Source: an uncultured delta proteobacterium (GTDB taxonomy: Bacteria; Myxococcota_A; Polyangia; Polyangiales; Polyangiaceae). Taken from it: DNA of 64,000 bases. Each line of letters opens with the position of its first letter. Position 1 is the first letter of the stretch. Location: assembly GCA_963782055.1 (NCBI GenBank), contig CAWAIF010000003.1:1696001-1760000 (forward strand), read 5' to 3'. Under the pieces are notes generated by a model. It worked only from the letters and a program-made list of their open reading frames with translations, made no database searches and was not told where the DNA came from. Shown piece after piece: positions 19,897-29,245 of this stretch. A program made the position numbers and the translations under genes.

Positions 19897-20010
19897 TCCC
19901 ACGCGTGAGCGCCACCAGCACCTGGGCCTGGTCGCGCGGGACATCGCCGGGGCCCACCAGCACGGCGACCTCCACGACGTGGAGCCAGCCGTCCTGGCCG
20001 GGAGGCGCCG

Positions 20011-20583
20011 TCAGGTCTTTCGTGGCCGCTCCAGGAACCCACGCCCCGCATAGATCGCCGGCATCGCCTTCTCGATCCTCGTCGCGCGCGTCGCCGCCTG
20101 CTTCGCCTGGGCGAAGTGAAACAGATATCCCCGCTGCCGTCCCGGCGTCAGCGCCTCGAAGGCCTTCCTGAACCGAGGCTCTCGCCGAAACTTCTCCTTC
20201 AACTCCTCCGGAACTGGAAACTCCGAGGTCCTCTTCTTCTCCACCCGCGCCCCGGCCTTCCGCACCGCCATCGCCTCGCGTACGTACGCCTTGATCGTCG
20301 CCGCCTGCGCGGCGATCTCGCGCGCGCTGGTGAACTTCATGACGCGTCCAGCCTGCGTCTGTCCCAGCTGCCGCAGCAGCCGCTTCGGGTCCTTCAGCAG
20401 CGCACCCTGAAAGAACCCCAGCGCGAAGTACTCCTTGAACCCCTGCAGGATGACGATGTTCTTTCCGCCTGCCGTGTAGGTCGGCTTCCCCCACTTGCAC
20501 TCCTCCACCATCCCGAAGGGGGCGAGGATCCGCTGCATCTCGACGATCTCCGCCTCCCACCGCTTTCGGTACGCCATCTCCAT
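20011..20583 (-). CDS. YdeI/OmpD-associated family protein (DUF1801 + OmdA domain)
   Basis: EECKWGKPTY, FFQGALLKDP, AFEALTPGRQRGY..AKQAATRATRIEK. Confidence 0.9.
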   Translation of the reverse strand: MEMAYRKRWEAEIVEMQRILAPFGMVEECKWGKPTYTAGGKNIVILQGFKEYFALGFFQGALLKDPKRLLRQLGQTQAGRVMKFTSAREIAAQAATIKAYVREAMAVRKAGARVEKKRTSEFPVPEELKEKFRREPRFRKAFEALTPGRQRGYLFHFAQAKQAATRATRIEKAMPAIYAGRGFLERPRKT

Positions 20584-20760
20584 CGCGACACCATTAGAGC
20601 ATACGCTCGGCGGGAAGAGTCGTCGGCTACGACATCCTGGCACGGGCTGCGTCGGGTTCGACGCTGCGGCCTATAGGTGCTGTGGACGAGCATCCGCTCC
20701 GGAGAGGCCCACGAGCGTCAGGGCTGCGCGGGCAGCTCGCGATCGCGGTAGCATCGAAGC

Positions 20761-21678
20761 ATGAAGGCGCTCGTACGCTCCACGACGCTCGGCGCGGTGG
20801 TCGCGGCCGCGGTGACCGCGGTCGCCGTCGCGTGCGGCGGCGGCGACGACAGCGGCGCCGCGAACGACGCGTCGGCGCCCGACGGCTCACGCGACGCCAC
20901 GACATTCGACGCGCCGCAGGGTGACGTCGCGGACGCGGGTCGAGCGCCCGACGCCGCACCCCCGACGCTCGCGAACGCCGTGCTGTGGCTCGTCGCGAGC
21001 GAGGGCACGACGCTCGACGGCGGCGCGGTCACCGCGTGGGCCGATCAGTCCGGCCAGCACAACGACGGCGTCGCCGGCAAGTTCGCCCCCACGATGTCCG
21101 CCGCGGACATCGGCGGCCGGCCGGCGATTCACTTCGTCGCCGGCCAGCGGAACATGTTCGTCATCGCCGACTCGACCAGCCTCCAGTGGGGCGCGGGCCC
21201 GTACCTCGTCGAGGCCGTCGGCCGCTTCGACAACGATCCCACCCAGGGCATCTCCATCGGCGCGGGCCCGTTCTACGTCAAGCTCGGCCCGAACAGCCTG
21301 GTCGCGCTCTACGCGAACTACCAGACGATCACCGACGCGGGCGGCTACGGGCCGGTCGTCGCCGGGCTCTGGTCACAGGAGAGCTACGACACGTACGTCG
21401 GGGTCGAGGCGGCGTACAACGACTCGATGCCTCGCCTCTACGCCGTGCAATACGACGCCGGCGTGTTGACCCTGCGCGTGAACGGATCGGTCGTCGCGAC
21501 GTCCACCGGCGGCGTCGACGTGTCCGAGCCCGGGCAGAAGGCGAGCGTCGGCGGGTCGTACTACGGCAGCGGCAACCTTGACGGCGACATCGCGGAGCTC
21601 GTCGCCGTCAAGGGCGCGATCAGCTCGAGCGATCTCGCGGACCTCGAGGGCTACCTCATGGCCAAGTACGGGCTCTGA
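20761..21678 (+). CDS. Lipoprotein with LamG/concanavalin-like domain
   Basis: Lipobox AVAC, LWLVAS..VTAWADQSG, LDGDIAELVAV..LEGYLMAKYGL. Confidence 0.75.
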   Translation: MKALVRSTTLGAVVAAAVTAVAVACGGGDDSGAANDASAPDGSRDATTFDAPQGDVADAGRAPDAAPPTLANAVLWLVASEGTTLDGGAVTAWADQSGQHNDGVAGKFAPTMSAADIGGRPAIHFVAGQRNMFVIADSTSLQWGAGPYLVEAVGRFDNDPTQGISIGAGPFYVKLGPNSLVALYANYQTITDAGGYGPVVAGLWSQESYDTYVGVEAAYNDSMPRLYAVQYDAGVLTLRVNGSVVATSTGGVDVSEPGQKASVGGSYYGSGNLDGDIAELVAVKGAISSSDLADLEGYLMAKYGL

Positions 21679-22076
21679 CGCGCCCCCTCACGGCCGCCGG
21701 GGCGTCGGCTCGCTCCAGTCACCGCCTCGCAACGGCGAACAGTACGGTCTATGCAGCTCCGCTGCGACGACTACCCCGTCGGGCACTGCGGGGGGACGTC
21801 CGGCTTGGTAAACTGGAAGACCAGCGCCTTCAACGAGGGCGGCTTCCAGCTATTCCAGCCGGATATCGCCGCACATGACGGAGCGCGCGCCCGCCGCATG
21901 CGGCGACGCTCTCGGGGACGCTGCCCAACTGAAACGGGGAGGCTAGGCTCGCGAGCCTCGCGGTCGGGCTGGCCTCCCGAGCATTCTGCACCGTAACGTC
22001 TCGCCCTGCCGCGTCCTGACGCAGGCGCCGGCGCGTTCCAAGGCTACCTGATGGCCAAGTACGGGCTCTGACACGC
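21649..22076 (+). repeat. Direct repeat (~35 bp) of the LamG gene 3' end, at 21649-21683 and 22042-22076
   Basis: GGCTACCT(C/G)ATGGCCAAGTACGGGCTCTGAC(G/A)CGC in both places. Confidence 0.9.
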
Positions 22077-22116
22077 GCTCCGGCGGAGGTCGGGGGAAGT
22101 CCCGCACGGACGATCA

Positions 22117-24144
22117 TCACGCGCGCTCCAGGTACCGATCGATCGCGTCGAGGATCGCCGTGTCGGCGTCCAGCTCCTCCGAGAGCGTCATCGTGGCGTT
22201 GCCGGGGCCGTAGAGCCGGTAAGCGCGCCACACGTCGCGCGGGTGGTAGAGGATGGCGGAGAGCTGGACCTCGTCCCCGGCGGCGAACGGCCCGAACGGG
22301 GCCAGGACGCGGAAGCGGTCGTGCGGGTGCATGCGCTCCGGCCGCAGGCGCCGGATGTCGATCCGCACCGCCTCCACGATCGCAGGCAGCACCGCGCGGA
22401 GCTGGTCGACGGAGCGCACCTTCCAGGCGTCGTCTCGACCGACCCGCACCGTGCACTCCCCCGGCGCCTCCTCCTCGGCGGTCACGACGGAGACGAGCTC
22501 AGCGCCCTGCGGCAACGACGCGCGGGCGGTGGGGAAGCTCTCGTGGAACTCCGGCGGCCGCCAGCCCTTCTTGCGGATGGACGCGACGGCCTTCGCGATC
22601 ACGGGCATGACCTGCCGGACGCCGAAGGGACGCTCCGGGAACGCGTCGCGCGCCGCCAGGGCGCGCCGCGTCGCCTCCACCATCTCCGGCAGCAGCGCGG
22701 TCGCGCGCGCGGCCGTCTCGACGTCGAGCACCCGGCGTGGTGCCCCGACCGCCTCCGGGGAGAGCGTGACGCGCGCGCCGCCGCCCGCGCGCGCCTCGAC
22801 CCGGATCGAGACGCCGCCGTTGAGCTCGTAGAGGCTGAGCGCCGCCGGCTGCGGCGACGCGATCGTCCAGGACCACCCCGACGCGCCGGGGCCCTCCGCC
22901 GCGAGGCGGTCGAGCAGGGTGAGCCCGAGGTCGAGGGGGGTGACCGCGGCGGCGTCCGCGCCGCCCGCGTCCAGCCAGGCGAGCAGATGCGCGGCCGCCC
23001 CGTCGACGTCGCCCGGCGCCACGGCCGTCTCGCGGAACCGGATCGCGCCGTCGCCGCGCGCGAGGACCGCCGCCCGGAGCGCCTTGCCGGTGCCGCTCAC
23101 GATCGCGTGCCCCAGCGCCCGCCCGTCCACGATGGTGCCGATGACCGCGCGCGGATCCCGCGCCCGCTGCGTGGGGCGGATCATGAAGGCGCGCGGCCGG
23201 TCCAGCACGCCCACCACCGCGCGGACGATGGCGAAGGCGACGGAGTCGGCGGCCGCGGAGTCGGGCGGGGGCGGCGGCGACTCGCCGAGCCCGAGGAGGT
23301 GCATCTCGAGCTGCAGGCGGCGGTCGCGGGCGTAGGCCTCGTCGTGGGCGTCGCCGCACGCGATGGCCTCGCCGTACGCGGCGCAGGCAGCCGCCATGTC
23401 CGCCGCCATGTCCAGCGCCTTGGCGCGGTTGAGCCACACCACACCCCAGCGGGGTCGAAGACGGTCGGCCTCCGCCAGGTGCGCCAGCGCGCGCCGCAGA
23501 TCGCAGTCCTTCGCGGTGAAGTACCAGCCCAGCCAGTTGTGCGCCGTGGCGGCGAGCCGCCCGTCGCCGGCGGCCACGCGCTCCAGCTCCTCGACGGCGT
23601 CGCCCGGGCGCCCGAGCCTCAGCAGCGCGACGCCCAGGTTGTTCGCCGCCTCCGGCGTACCCGGATCGCGCGCGATGCTCCGGCGGAAGCACGCGACCGC
23701 CTCCTGTAGCTCCGCGGGTGTGGCCCCCGGCCTGGAGAGGATCGCCCAGCCCGCGCGGTTGTCGGAGGGCGGCTGCGCGACATCGGAGGGCGGCTGCGCG
23801 TCATCCTCCTGGTCGTCCTCCTCGTCGTCCTCCGAGAAGAGGGCGTCGAACGCCGCCAGGGACGGCACCAGCGCGGCCACCACGGCATCGGTGTCTCCCT
23901 CCCGCGCCGCCATCACGCCCACCGCGCTCCCGTCGGGCCACGGCCCGCCCTCGCCGAGCAGCCGCTCCACGTTCGGGACGAAGACCCAGCGGAGCCACTG
24001 CACGAACGCCATGGTGCGCGAGCCGAACGCGCCCATGTCCTCGAACGCCTCCTCGGGTGGGCGCTCCGCGTCCCACGCTCCCTCGCGCTTCATCGCCGCG
24101 ACGACCTCGTCCAGCCGCGCGCGCACCGCCGCCGGGTCGATCAC
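22117..24144 (-). CDS. YqcC(DUF446)-like N-terminal domain + TPR repeats + uncharacterised C-terminal domains
   Basis: AFGSRTMAFVQWLRWVFVP..GGPWPDGSAVG (YqcC); EAANNLGVALLRLGR TPRs. Confidence 0.75.
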   Translation of the reverse strand: MIDPAAVRARLDEVVAAMKREGAWDAERPPEEAFEDMGAFGSRTMAFVQWLRWVFVPNVERLLGEGGPWPDGSAVGVMAAREGDTDAVVAALVPSLAAFDALFSEDDEEDDQEDDAQPPSDVAQPPSDNRAGWAILSRPGATPAELQEAVACFRRSIARDPGTPEAANNLGVALLRLGRPGDAVEELERVAAGDGRLAATAHNWLGWYFTAKDCDLRRALAHLAEADRLRPRWGVVWLNRAKALDMAADMAAACAAYGEAIACGDAHDEAYARDRRLQLEMHLLGLGESPPPPPDSAAADSVAFAIVRAVVGVLDRPRAFMIRPTQRARDPRAVIGTIVDGRALGHAIVSGTGKALRAAVLARGDGAIRFRETAVAPGDVDGAAAHLLAWLDAGGADAAAVTPLDLGLTLLDRLAAEGPGASGWSWTIASPQPAALSLYELNGGVSIRVEARAGGGARVTLSPEAVGAPRRVLDVETAARATALLPEMVEATRRALAARDAFPERPFGVRQVMPVIAKAVASIRKKGWRPPEFHESFPTARASLPQGAELVSVVTAEEEAPGECTVRVGRDDAWKVRSVDQLRAVLPAIVEAVRIDIRRLRPERMHPHDRFRVLAPFGPFAAGDEVQLSAILYHPRDVWRAYRLYGPGNATMTLSEELDADTAILDAIDRYLERA

Positions 24145-24207
24145 GCCTGGGCCCTCGTGCGGTCACGGCGCTGCATCACGCACCCCACTCTAGCGCCGGC
24201 GCGCGGA

Positions 24208-24912
24208 TCACTTCCCGATCATCGCGCTCAGCCGCTCGTGCACCACGCGCGCCTCCGGCCCCAGCAGGATCCCCATCGGTGGCGCGGTGACCCCTCCAGG
24301 CGCCAGCGACTTCTCGCGGACAAGGCAGGGGTAGCGGAAGGCGATGAAGCTCGCGTCCTCGTCCTGGCTGATGATGACGAGCGTCTCGACCCGCTGGCCC
24401 CCGGGGACGACGGCCTCGCGGAGGCGGAGGTTGCGGTCGAGCGCGATGGCGACCCGCTCGCCCGGCATCTCGAGGACGAGCTCCTGGGCGTCGAGCACCA
24501 GCTGCCCGACGCGCGCCAGCCGCTGCACCAGCGGGATGGAGGCCATGATGGCGACGGACGACAGCACGATGACGCCGACCACGACCGCGAGCGCGTGCTC
24601 TCGCGTCTGGTCGAGCAGGATCGCGGGCACCACAATCAGCGCGGGCGGCAGCAGCACCAGGGGCAGCGCGATGCCCACGCCCCGCAGCACCGAGACGACA
24701 GGGATCTCCACCCGTTCCGCCTGCCGCAGGGCCTCCCGCCGCCGCAGCACCTGGCGCCTCAGGTGGACGCTCCACCCCATCATGCCGGCCGTGACGGCGA
24801 GCACCGCCACGACGATCCACACCGCCGGGTCCACCCTGGGCGTGTACTCCACCGGCACCGGCCGGGCAAGCGGGGGGGGAGGGGGCCCCGCCTGCCGCGG
24901 GCTCGGGCCCAT
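24208..24912 (-). CDS. Hypothetical membrane protein (start uncertain)
   Basis: Three TM segments followed by a soluble domain. Confidence 0.6.
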   Translation of the reverse strand: MGPSPRQAGPPPPPLARPVPVEYTPRVDPAVWIVVAVLAVTAGMMGWSVHLRRQVLRRREALRQAERVEIPVVSVLRGVGIALPLVLLPPALIVVPAILLDQTREHALAVVVGVIVLSSVAIMASIPLVQRLARVGQLVLDAQELVLEMPGERVAIALDRNLRLREAVVPGGQRVETLVIISQDEDASFIAFRYPCLVREKSLAPGGVTAPPMGILLGPEARVVHERLSAMIGK

Positions 24913-24988
24913 GCTCCCTCGCGCGGGTGCCGACGTGGTGCACGAGAGGTCGGACGTCGGCCCCCACGCGAGGTTGCGCGTGGGCCCT

Positions 24989-25075
24989 GCGCGCGCGGCT
25001 CCTCCCCCGGCCCATCGCTCGCTTCGCTCGCTCGGGCGGGGAGGATGGTCGCGGCGCTGGTGGCGGGCTGTGGAC
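24989..25075 (+). repeat. ~85-bp REP-like hairpin element, copy B
   Basis: GCGCGCGGCTCCTCCCCCGGCCCATCGCTCGCTTCGCTCGCTCGGGCGGGGAGGATGGTCGCGGCGCTGGTGGCGGGCTGTGGAC. Confidence 0.92.
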
Positions 25076-25104
25076 GCCACATGGTCGTGATATCTCTCGA
25101 CGAG

Positions 25105-25290
25105 ATGCGCCACATCGTGTTCGCGCTCGTCGTCGCCGCAGCAGCCGTGGTCACGCTGGCCCCCTCCGCTCCCGGGGTGCGCGCGCCCGGGCGCCGCGGG
25201 TGCTGCTCGCACCATCACGGCGTTTGCGGGTGCTCGTCGGGGCGCGCTGTCTGCTGCGACAAGACCCTCAGCCCGACGTGCGGATGCTGA
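25105..25290 (+). CDS. Small secreted Cys/His-rich peptide
   Basis: Signal peptide + RRGCCSHHHGVCGCSSGRAVCCDKTLSPTCGC (8 Cys in 30 aa). Confidence 0.75.
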   Translation: MRHIVFALVVAAAAVVTLAPSAPGVRAPGRRGCCSHHHGVCGCSSGRAVCCDKTLSPTCGC

Positions 25291-25430
25291 GGACGCTCGC
25301 CGACCGCGCGCTCTCCCCGCCCCGTGCCTCCTTTACTCCGCGCCAGGTGTCCGGGGATCGCCCGCGGGTCGGTGGTGGGCACGCATGCGCCGACAGAGCC
25401 CACGGGTAGCTCCGCCCGGAGGGGGTCACG

Positions 25431-25589
25431 TCACCGCTTGCGCAGCGCCGCGCGGAGCATCCGGACCGCCGCGGTCTGCGTCCGGACCTCTATGCACCTG
25501 GCGATCAGATCCGGATCCAGTTTGGGCACGAGCTTGCTGCGCCGGGCCGCGTATCGGTCGCGGTGGAGCACGTGAAACCCGTATAGCAT
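25431..25589 (-). CDS. Small hypothetical protein
   Basis: 52-aa ORF MLYGFHVLHRDRY..; weak support. Confidence 0.25.
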   Translation of the reverse strand: MLYGFHVLHRDRYAARRSKLVPKLDPDLIARCIEVRTQTAAVRMLRAALRKR

Positions 25590-25797
25590 GATCTTGCGGT
25601 GGCCACGTCGGCGCCGGGGTGCGGCTCCGGGCGGGACACCAGCCACAAAAGCCCTCCCGCCTCCTTCTTTTGGTGCCGCCGGTTTTAATGCGGCTGGGGG
25701 CACAACCGACTGAAGCGCGCGGGAGCCCGTTTAGACCGCCAGAAGTGCCGAGCCGGCCACCGCGTTGGACGAGGCCACCGCGGAGGATCGGATACGC

Positions 25798-26877
25798 TCA
25801 CTTGTCCTTGCCGCCGAGCGACTTCAGCACCTCGATGATGCGCGTCGGGCTGCCCTCGTCCTCTCCGGAGCCAGCGTAGCCACTCGGCGGGGGCGTGAAG
25901 ATGCAGCGCGCCGACTCCAGCAGGATCGCCTGCTTCGCGGCTGCGTCATCCGTCGACGCGGCAAAGGTCTCGTAGGTGTGCAGGGCGTTCGCCCGGTGCT
26001 CGTTCATCACCGCGATGTGGCGGTGCGATCGGTGGTTCCGGGTGCACCACACGAGGAAGTAGAACAGGACGAGGATCGACCCCAGGCGCACGAGCACGTA
26101 GTGGGCGATGTCGCCATTCTTCGCGCTGGGATCCAACGGGTAGATGATGATGGCGACGGTCAGGAAGACGGCGATGGCCACACCGACGAAGATCGACGCG
26201 GCCAACCACTTCCCCGCCGCCTTATTGCTGTCCGTGACGGCCGTCCGAAAGTCCCCCTCGTGCGCCGCAACGCCGGTCTTGGCTGCTCCAGCGCGCGCCG
26301 CGACCGCGATCCCCTCGATCTCCCTGAGCTTCTCCTCTGCGGACTTGTTGACCGCCTCGGCGCCATCGTTCGCGTTCTTCTCCGCGGCCTTCATGACTTC
26401 GTCGACCGCCCTCGCCGCCTCTTCTGCGCGCCTCTTGGCGTCCTCCGCTGCAGTGGCTGCCTCCTGCGCACGTTCGTCCGGGGGCAGCAGCGCGAGGATG
26501 TTCGCAAGCGCCGGGCCGACACTCCCCAGCGCGGCGTCCAGGTTGATCATGTACTGCGGGCGGCCGGCCAGCTGCTGTGGCGTGGCTGGGTTGAACGTCG
26601 TCAGCTGCCCGAGTGTATTCTCAAGTGTGGATGTGGAGTTGATCAGCGGAGTCAGAATCTGCATCGGGACGAAGCCGGGGTGCGTTCCGATGCGGTCTAC
26701 GATGCTCTGGAGCCGCGTGCCGAGTACCTTTACCGCGGAGAGCGTGGGGAGTGCATCAGTGAAGCCCAGGTCGCCGAGGCTCTCCTTCCGGGTGGCCACG
26801 ACCGGGTCGAGCCTGGCCCACGCGTCCGCGCGAGACTCGATCTTCTTGAGCGCCGCGTTCCACTCTTCGTTGGCCAT
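25798..26877 (-). CDS. Hypothetical coiled-coil protein with two C-terminal TM helices
   Basis: 359-aa ORF, Ala/Glu/Lys heptads, 2 TM, RNHRSHRHIAVMNEHRANALHTY segment; atypical codon usage. Confidence 0.8.
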   Translation of the reverse strand: MANEEWNAALKKIESRADAWARLDPVVATRKESLGDLGFTDALPTLSAVKVLGTRLQSIVDRIGTHPGFVPMQILTPLINSTSTLENTLGQLTTFNPATPQQLAGRPQYMINLDAALGSVGPALANILALLPPDERAQEAATAAEDAKRRAEEAARAVDEVMKAAEKNANDGAEAVNKSAEEKLREIEGIAVAARAGAAKTGVAAHEGDFRTAVTDSNKAAGKWLAASIFVGVAIAVFLTVAIIIYPLDPSAKNGDIAHYVLVRLGSILVLFYFLVWCTRNHRSHRHIAVMNEHRANALHTYETFAASTDDAAAKQAILLESARCIFTPPPSGYAGSGEDEGSPTRIIEVLKSLGGKDK

Positions 26878-27256
26878 CCCCCAGATCTAGCCGATCAAAT
26901 AACTAATCCACAAGTGATCACTTCTCCACCAGCGGTCGGAGGAACGGAGGAACGCGTAGACCGATTGGAGGGCGGAGTGGCTTGCCGCGCGGTCGGCGTG
27001 GAGCGTCGCTATCGCGACAAGATGAGTTGACGGTGCTTCGGCGAACGACGCCGCGAGTGCTACGACGTGCGCCATGTGGCTTCCGCCCGGCACGTCGTGC
27101 CGCCGAAGGAATACCCAACGCCGGCCCCCAACTCCGCCTGAGCTCCTTCACGGCGGCCAAGGCGGAAGAATCCGCAACACGTCTCGCTCAACTTTCTTAC
27201 GGAAGCACGGCGCTCGACAAGACGAGCTTCGCGTGTGAACCTTGGAACTGCCGACG

Positions 27257-28045
27257 ATGCCGACAAAGATCGAATGGACCGACGAAACGTGGAACCCTGT
27301 GACGGGTTGCGTAAAGATCTCGCCAGGCTGCAAGCACTGCTACGCCGAGAAGTTCGCCGAGCGTTGGCGCGGCGTCGTGCTCCCGAATCGGAGGCTTCAC
27401 GTCTTCCACGACGGCTTCGATCCGACATTGCGACCTGACCGGGTGAAGCAGCCGCTCACGTGGAAGGCGCCGCGGATGGTCTTCGTCAACAGCATGAGTG
27501 ACCTGTTCGGCGAGTTCGTGCCGGACGCCTTCCTCACATCGGTCTTCGACGTCATGCGGCGCACGCCGCAGCACACGTACCAGATCCTCACGAAGCGGGC
27601 GGAGCGCCTGGAGGAGTGGACGCGTCGAGCACCATGGTTGTCGCTCATGCCTCACATCTGGCTCGGCGTCTCCGTGGAAGACCGGAAGTACGGCGTTCCA
27701 CGGATCGAGCACCTCCGGCGAGCGGTCGCCGGAACGCGCTTCCTGTCCATTGAGCCGCTGCTCGCCGATGTCGGGATGCTCGATCTCCGGCAGATCGACT
27801 GGGTCATCGTCGGGGGAGAGAGCGGCCCCCGCGCGCGGCCGATGCAACAGGCCTGGGTGCAGAGCGTCCGCGACCAGTGCGTTACGGCGGGCGTTGCGTT
27901 CTTCTTCAAGCAATGGGGCGGCGTGCAGAAACACCGGACCGGCCGCGTGCTCGAAGGCCGCACGTGGGACGAGTTCCCGACGCGGGGGCGGGCTGATGGC
28001 GGAATGCAGAAACAGGACCACCGGCAACTGCACGCTCGCGCGTGA
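27257..28045 (+). CDS. DUF5131 / phage Gp37-Gp68 family protein (three-Cys, radical-SAM-like)
   Basis: TKIEWTDETWNPVTGCVKISPGCKHCYAE, FVNSMSDLF, HTYQILTKR, FLSIEPLL, IDWVIVGGESG, FFFKQWGG. Confidence 0.95.
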   Translation: MPTKIEWTDETWNPVTGCVKISPGCKHCYAEKFAERWRGVVLPNRRLHVFHDGFDPTLRPDRVKQPLTWKAPRMVFVNSMSDLFGEFVPDAFLTSVFDVMRRTPQHTYQILTKRAERLEEWTRRAPWLSLMPHIWLGVSVEDRKYGVPRIEHLRRAVAGTRFLSIEPLLADVGMLDLRQIDWVIVGGESGPRARPMQQAWVQSVRDQCVTAGVAFFFKQWGGVQKHRTGRVLEGRTWDEFPTRGRADGGMQKQDHRQLHARA

Positions 28046-28835
28046 GGGCAACCTGCCCGTTCAGTGTGTCGGGGAGTGGGCGAAGGAGAAGCACGACTTC
28101 ATCCGCCGCTACATCGCCGCAACCGGAGGCCCACGTAAGAAGTACGCGTCCAAGGGCACGGGCGGGCTCTGCTACGTCGACCTCTTCGCTGGTCCCGGCC
28201 GCGCATACATTCCGAAGACCAAGGAGTTCATCGATGGCAGTCCCCTCATTGCGGCAGCCGCGCCCATCGAGCGATACACGTCGCTCGTGCTTTGCGATCT
28301 CGTCGACGAGAATATTGAGGCGCTCCGCATGCGCATGGCTGGCACCACAGGAATCCACTTCGTGCCAGGTGACTGCAACGAGATGATTGAGGCCGTCACG
28401 ACCCACATCCCGAAGCATGCCTTGAGCCTTGCCGTGGTCGATCCATTCGGCGCGAGCGCCCTCGATTTCGCGACGGTCCGGCGCCTCGCTCAGTTCGACC
28501 GCATGGACCTCATCGTCCACTTCCCGACGATGGGCATGAAACGCAACTTCGCCAAGCCCGACTACGACAAGAAGATCGATCGCTTCCTCGGAACGACGTT
28601 GTGGCGGGCTGACGTCCGCGAGCCGGAACACGTCGTGAAGCTGATCCCTTACATGAAGAGGCAGCTCGTGCAGCTCGGCTACACCGAGGACGACGAGGTC
28701 CGGGAGATAGAAGTGAAGAACGACCAGCGCGGAGTCCTCTACCATCTGTTCTTCGCGTCGAAGAGCCCTCTCGGGAACAGGATCTGGAAGTCGATCACGA
28801 AGACAACCGCGACCGGGCAGCGGGAGATGTTCTAG
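27996..28835 (+). CDS. tcmP: Three-Cys-motif partner protein (TcmP; methyltransferase-like fold)
   Basis: VGEWAKEKH, YVDLFAGPG, GSPLIA, GDCNE, VVDPFG, LYHLFFASKSPLG..IW; directly downstream of DUF5131. Confidence 0.88.
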   Translation: MAECRNRTTGNCTLAREGNLPVQCVGEWAKEKHDFIRRYIAATGGPRKKYASKGTGGLCYVDLFAGPGRAYIPKTKEFIDGSPLIAAAAPIERYTSLVLCDLVDENIEALRMRMAGTTGIHFVPGDCNEMIEAVTTHIPKHALSLAVVDPFGASALDFATVRRLAQFDRMDLIVHFPTMGMKRNFAKPDYDKKIDRFLGTTLWRADVREPEHVVKLIPYMKRQLVQLGYTEDDEVREIEVKNDQRGVLYHLFFASKSPLGNRIWKSITKTTATGQREMF

Positions 28836-28867
28836 CCCCCACCCATCGTCGAGGGTCCGTCGCTCGC

Positions 28868-29245
28868 TCACCTCCCACCCCGCAGCGCCGCCCTCACCAT
28901 CGCCAGCGCCCGCTTCACGTTCCCCTCCACCACCCCCGCCTCGATCCTGAGCACCCGAAACCCCAGCCCCTCGATCACCGCCTGCCGCGCCGCATCCGCC
29001 TCCGCGTGCCCCGCCGCCCCGTGGATCCCCCCATCCACCTCCACCACCAGCCGCTCGCTCAGCGCCACGAAGTCCACGATGTACGTCCCAGCCAGCACGT
29101 GCTGCCGGCGAAACTTGACCCCCGCCACCCGCCGCCCCCGAAGCTCCCGCCACAGCAATGCCTCCGACGGCGTCGCGTCCTCCCGTCGCATCCGCCGCGC
29201 GTGATGGTGAAGGAAGAACAGAGAGGGAGCTTCGTGCGGTGCCAT
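28868..29245 (-). CDS. DUF559 / Vsr-like endonuclease domain protein
   Basis: ARRMRR..TPSEALLWRELR..GVKFRRQH..YIVDF..LVVEVDGGIH..DAARQ..GFRVLRI; GGGGAGGG RBS before ATG 29245. Confidence 0.92.
   Translation of the reverse strand: MAPHEAPSLFFLHHHARRMRREDATPSEALLWRELRGRRVAGVKFRRQHVLAGTYIVDFVALSERLVVEVDGGIHGAAGHAEADAARQAVIEGLGFRVLRIEAGVVEGNVKRALAMVRAALRGGR

Noticed and set aside
26887..27160. Short ORFs in the spacer between the coiled-coil gene and DUF5131
   Set aside because: No RBS, motif or codon-bias support; more likely divergent promoter DNA.
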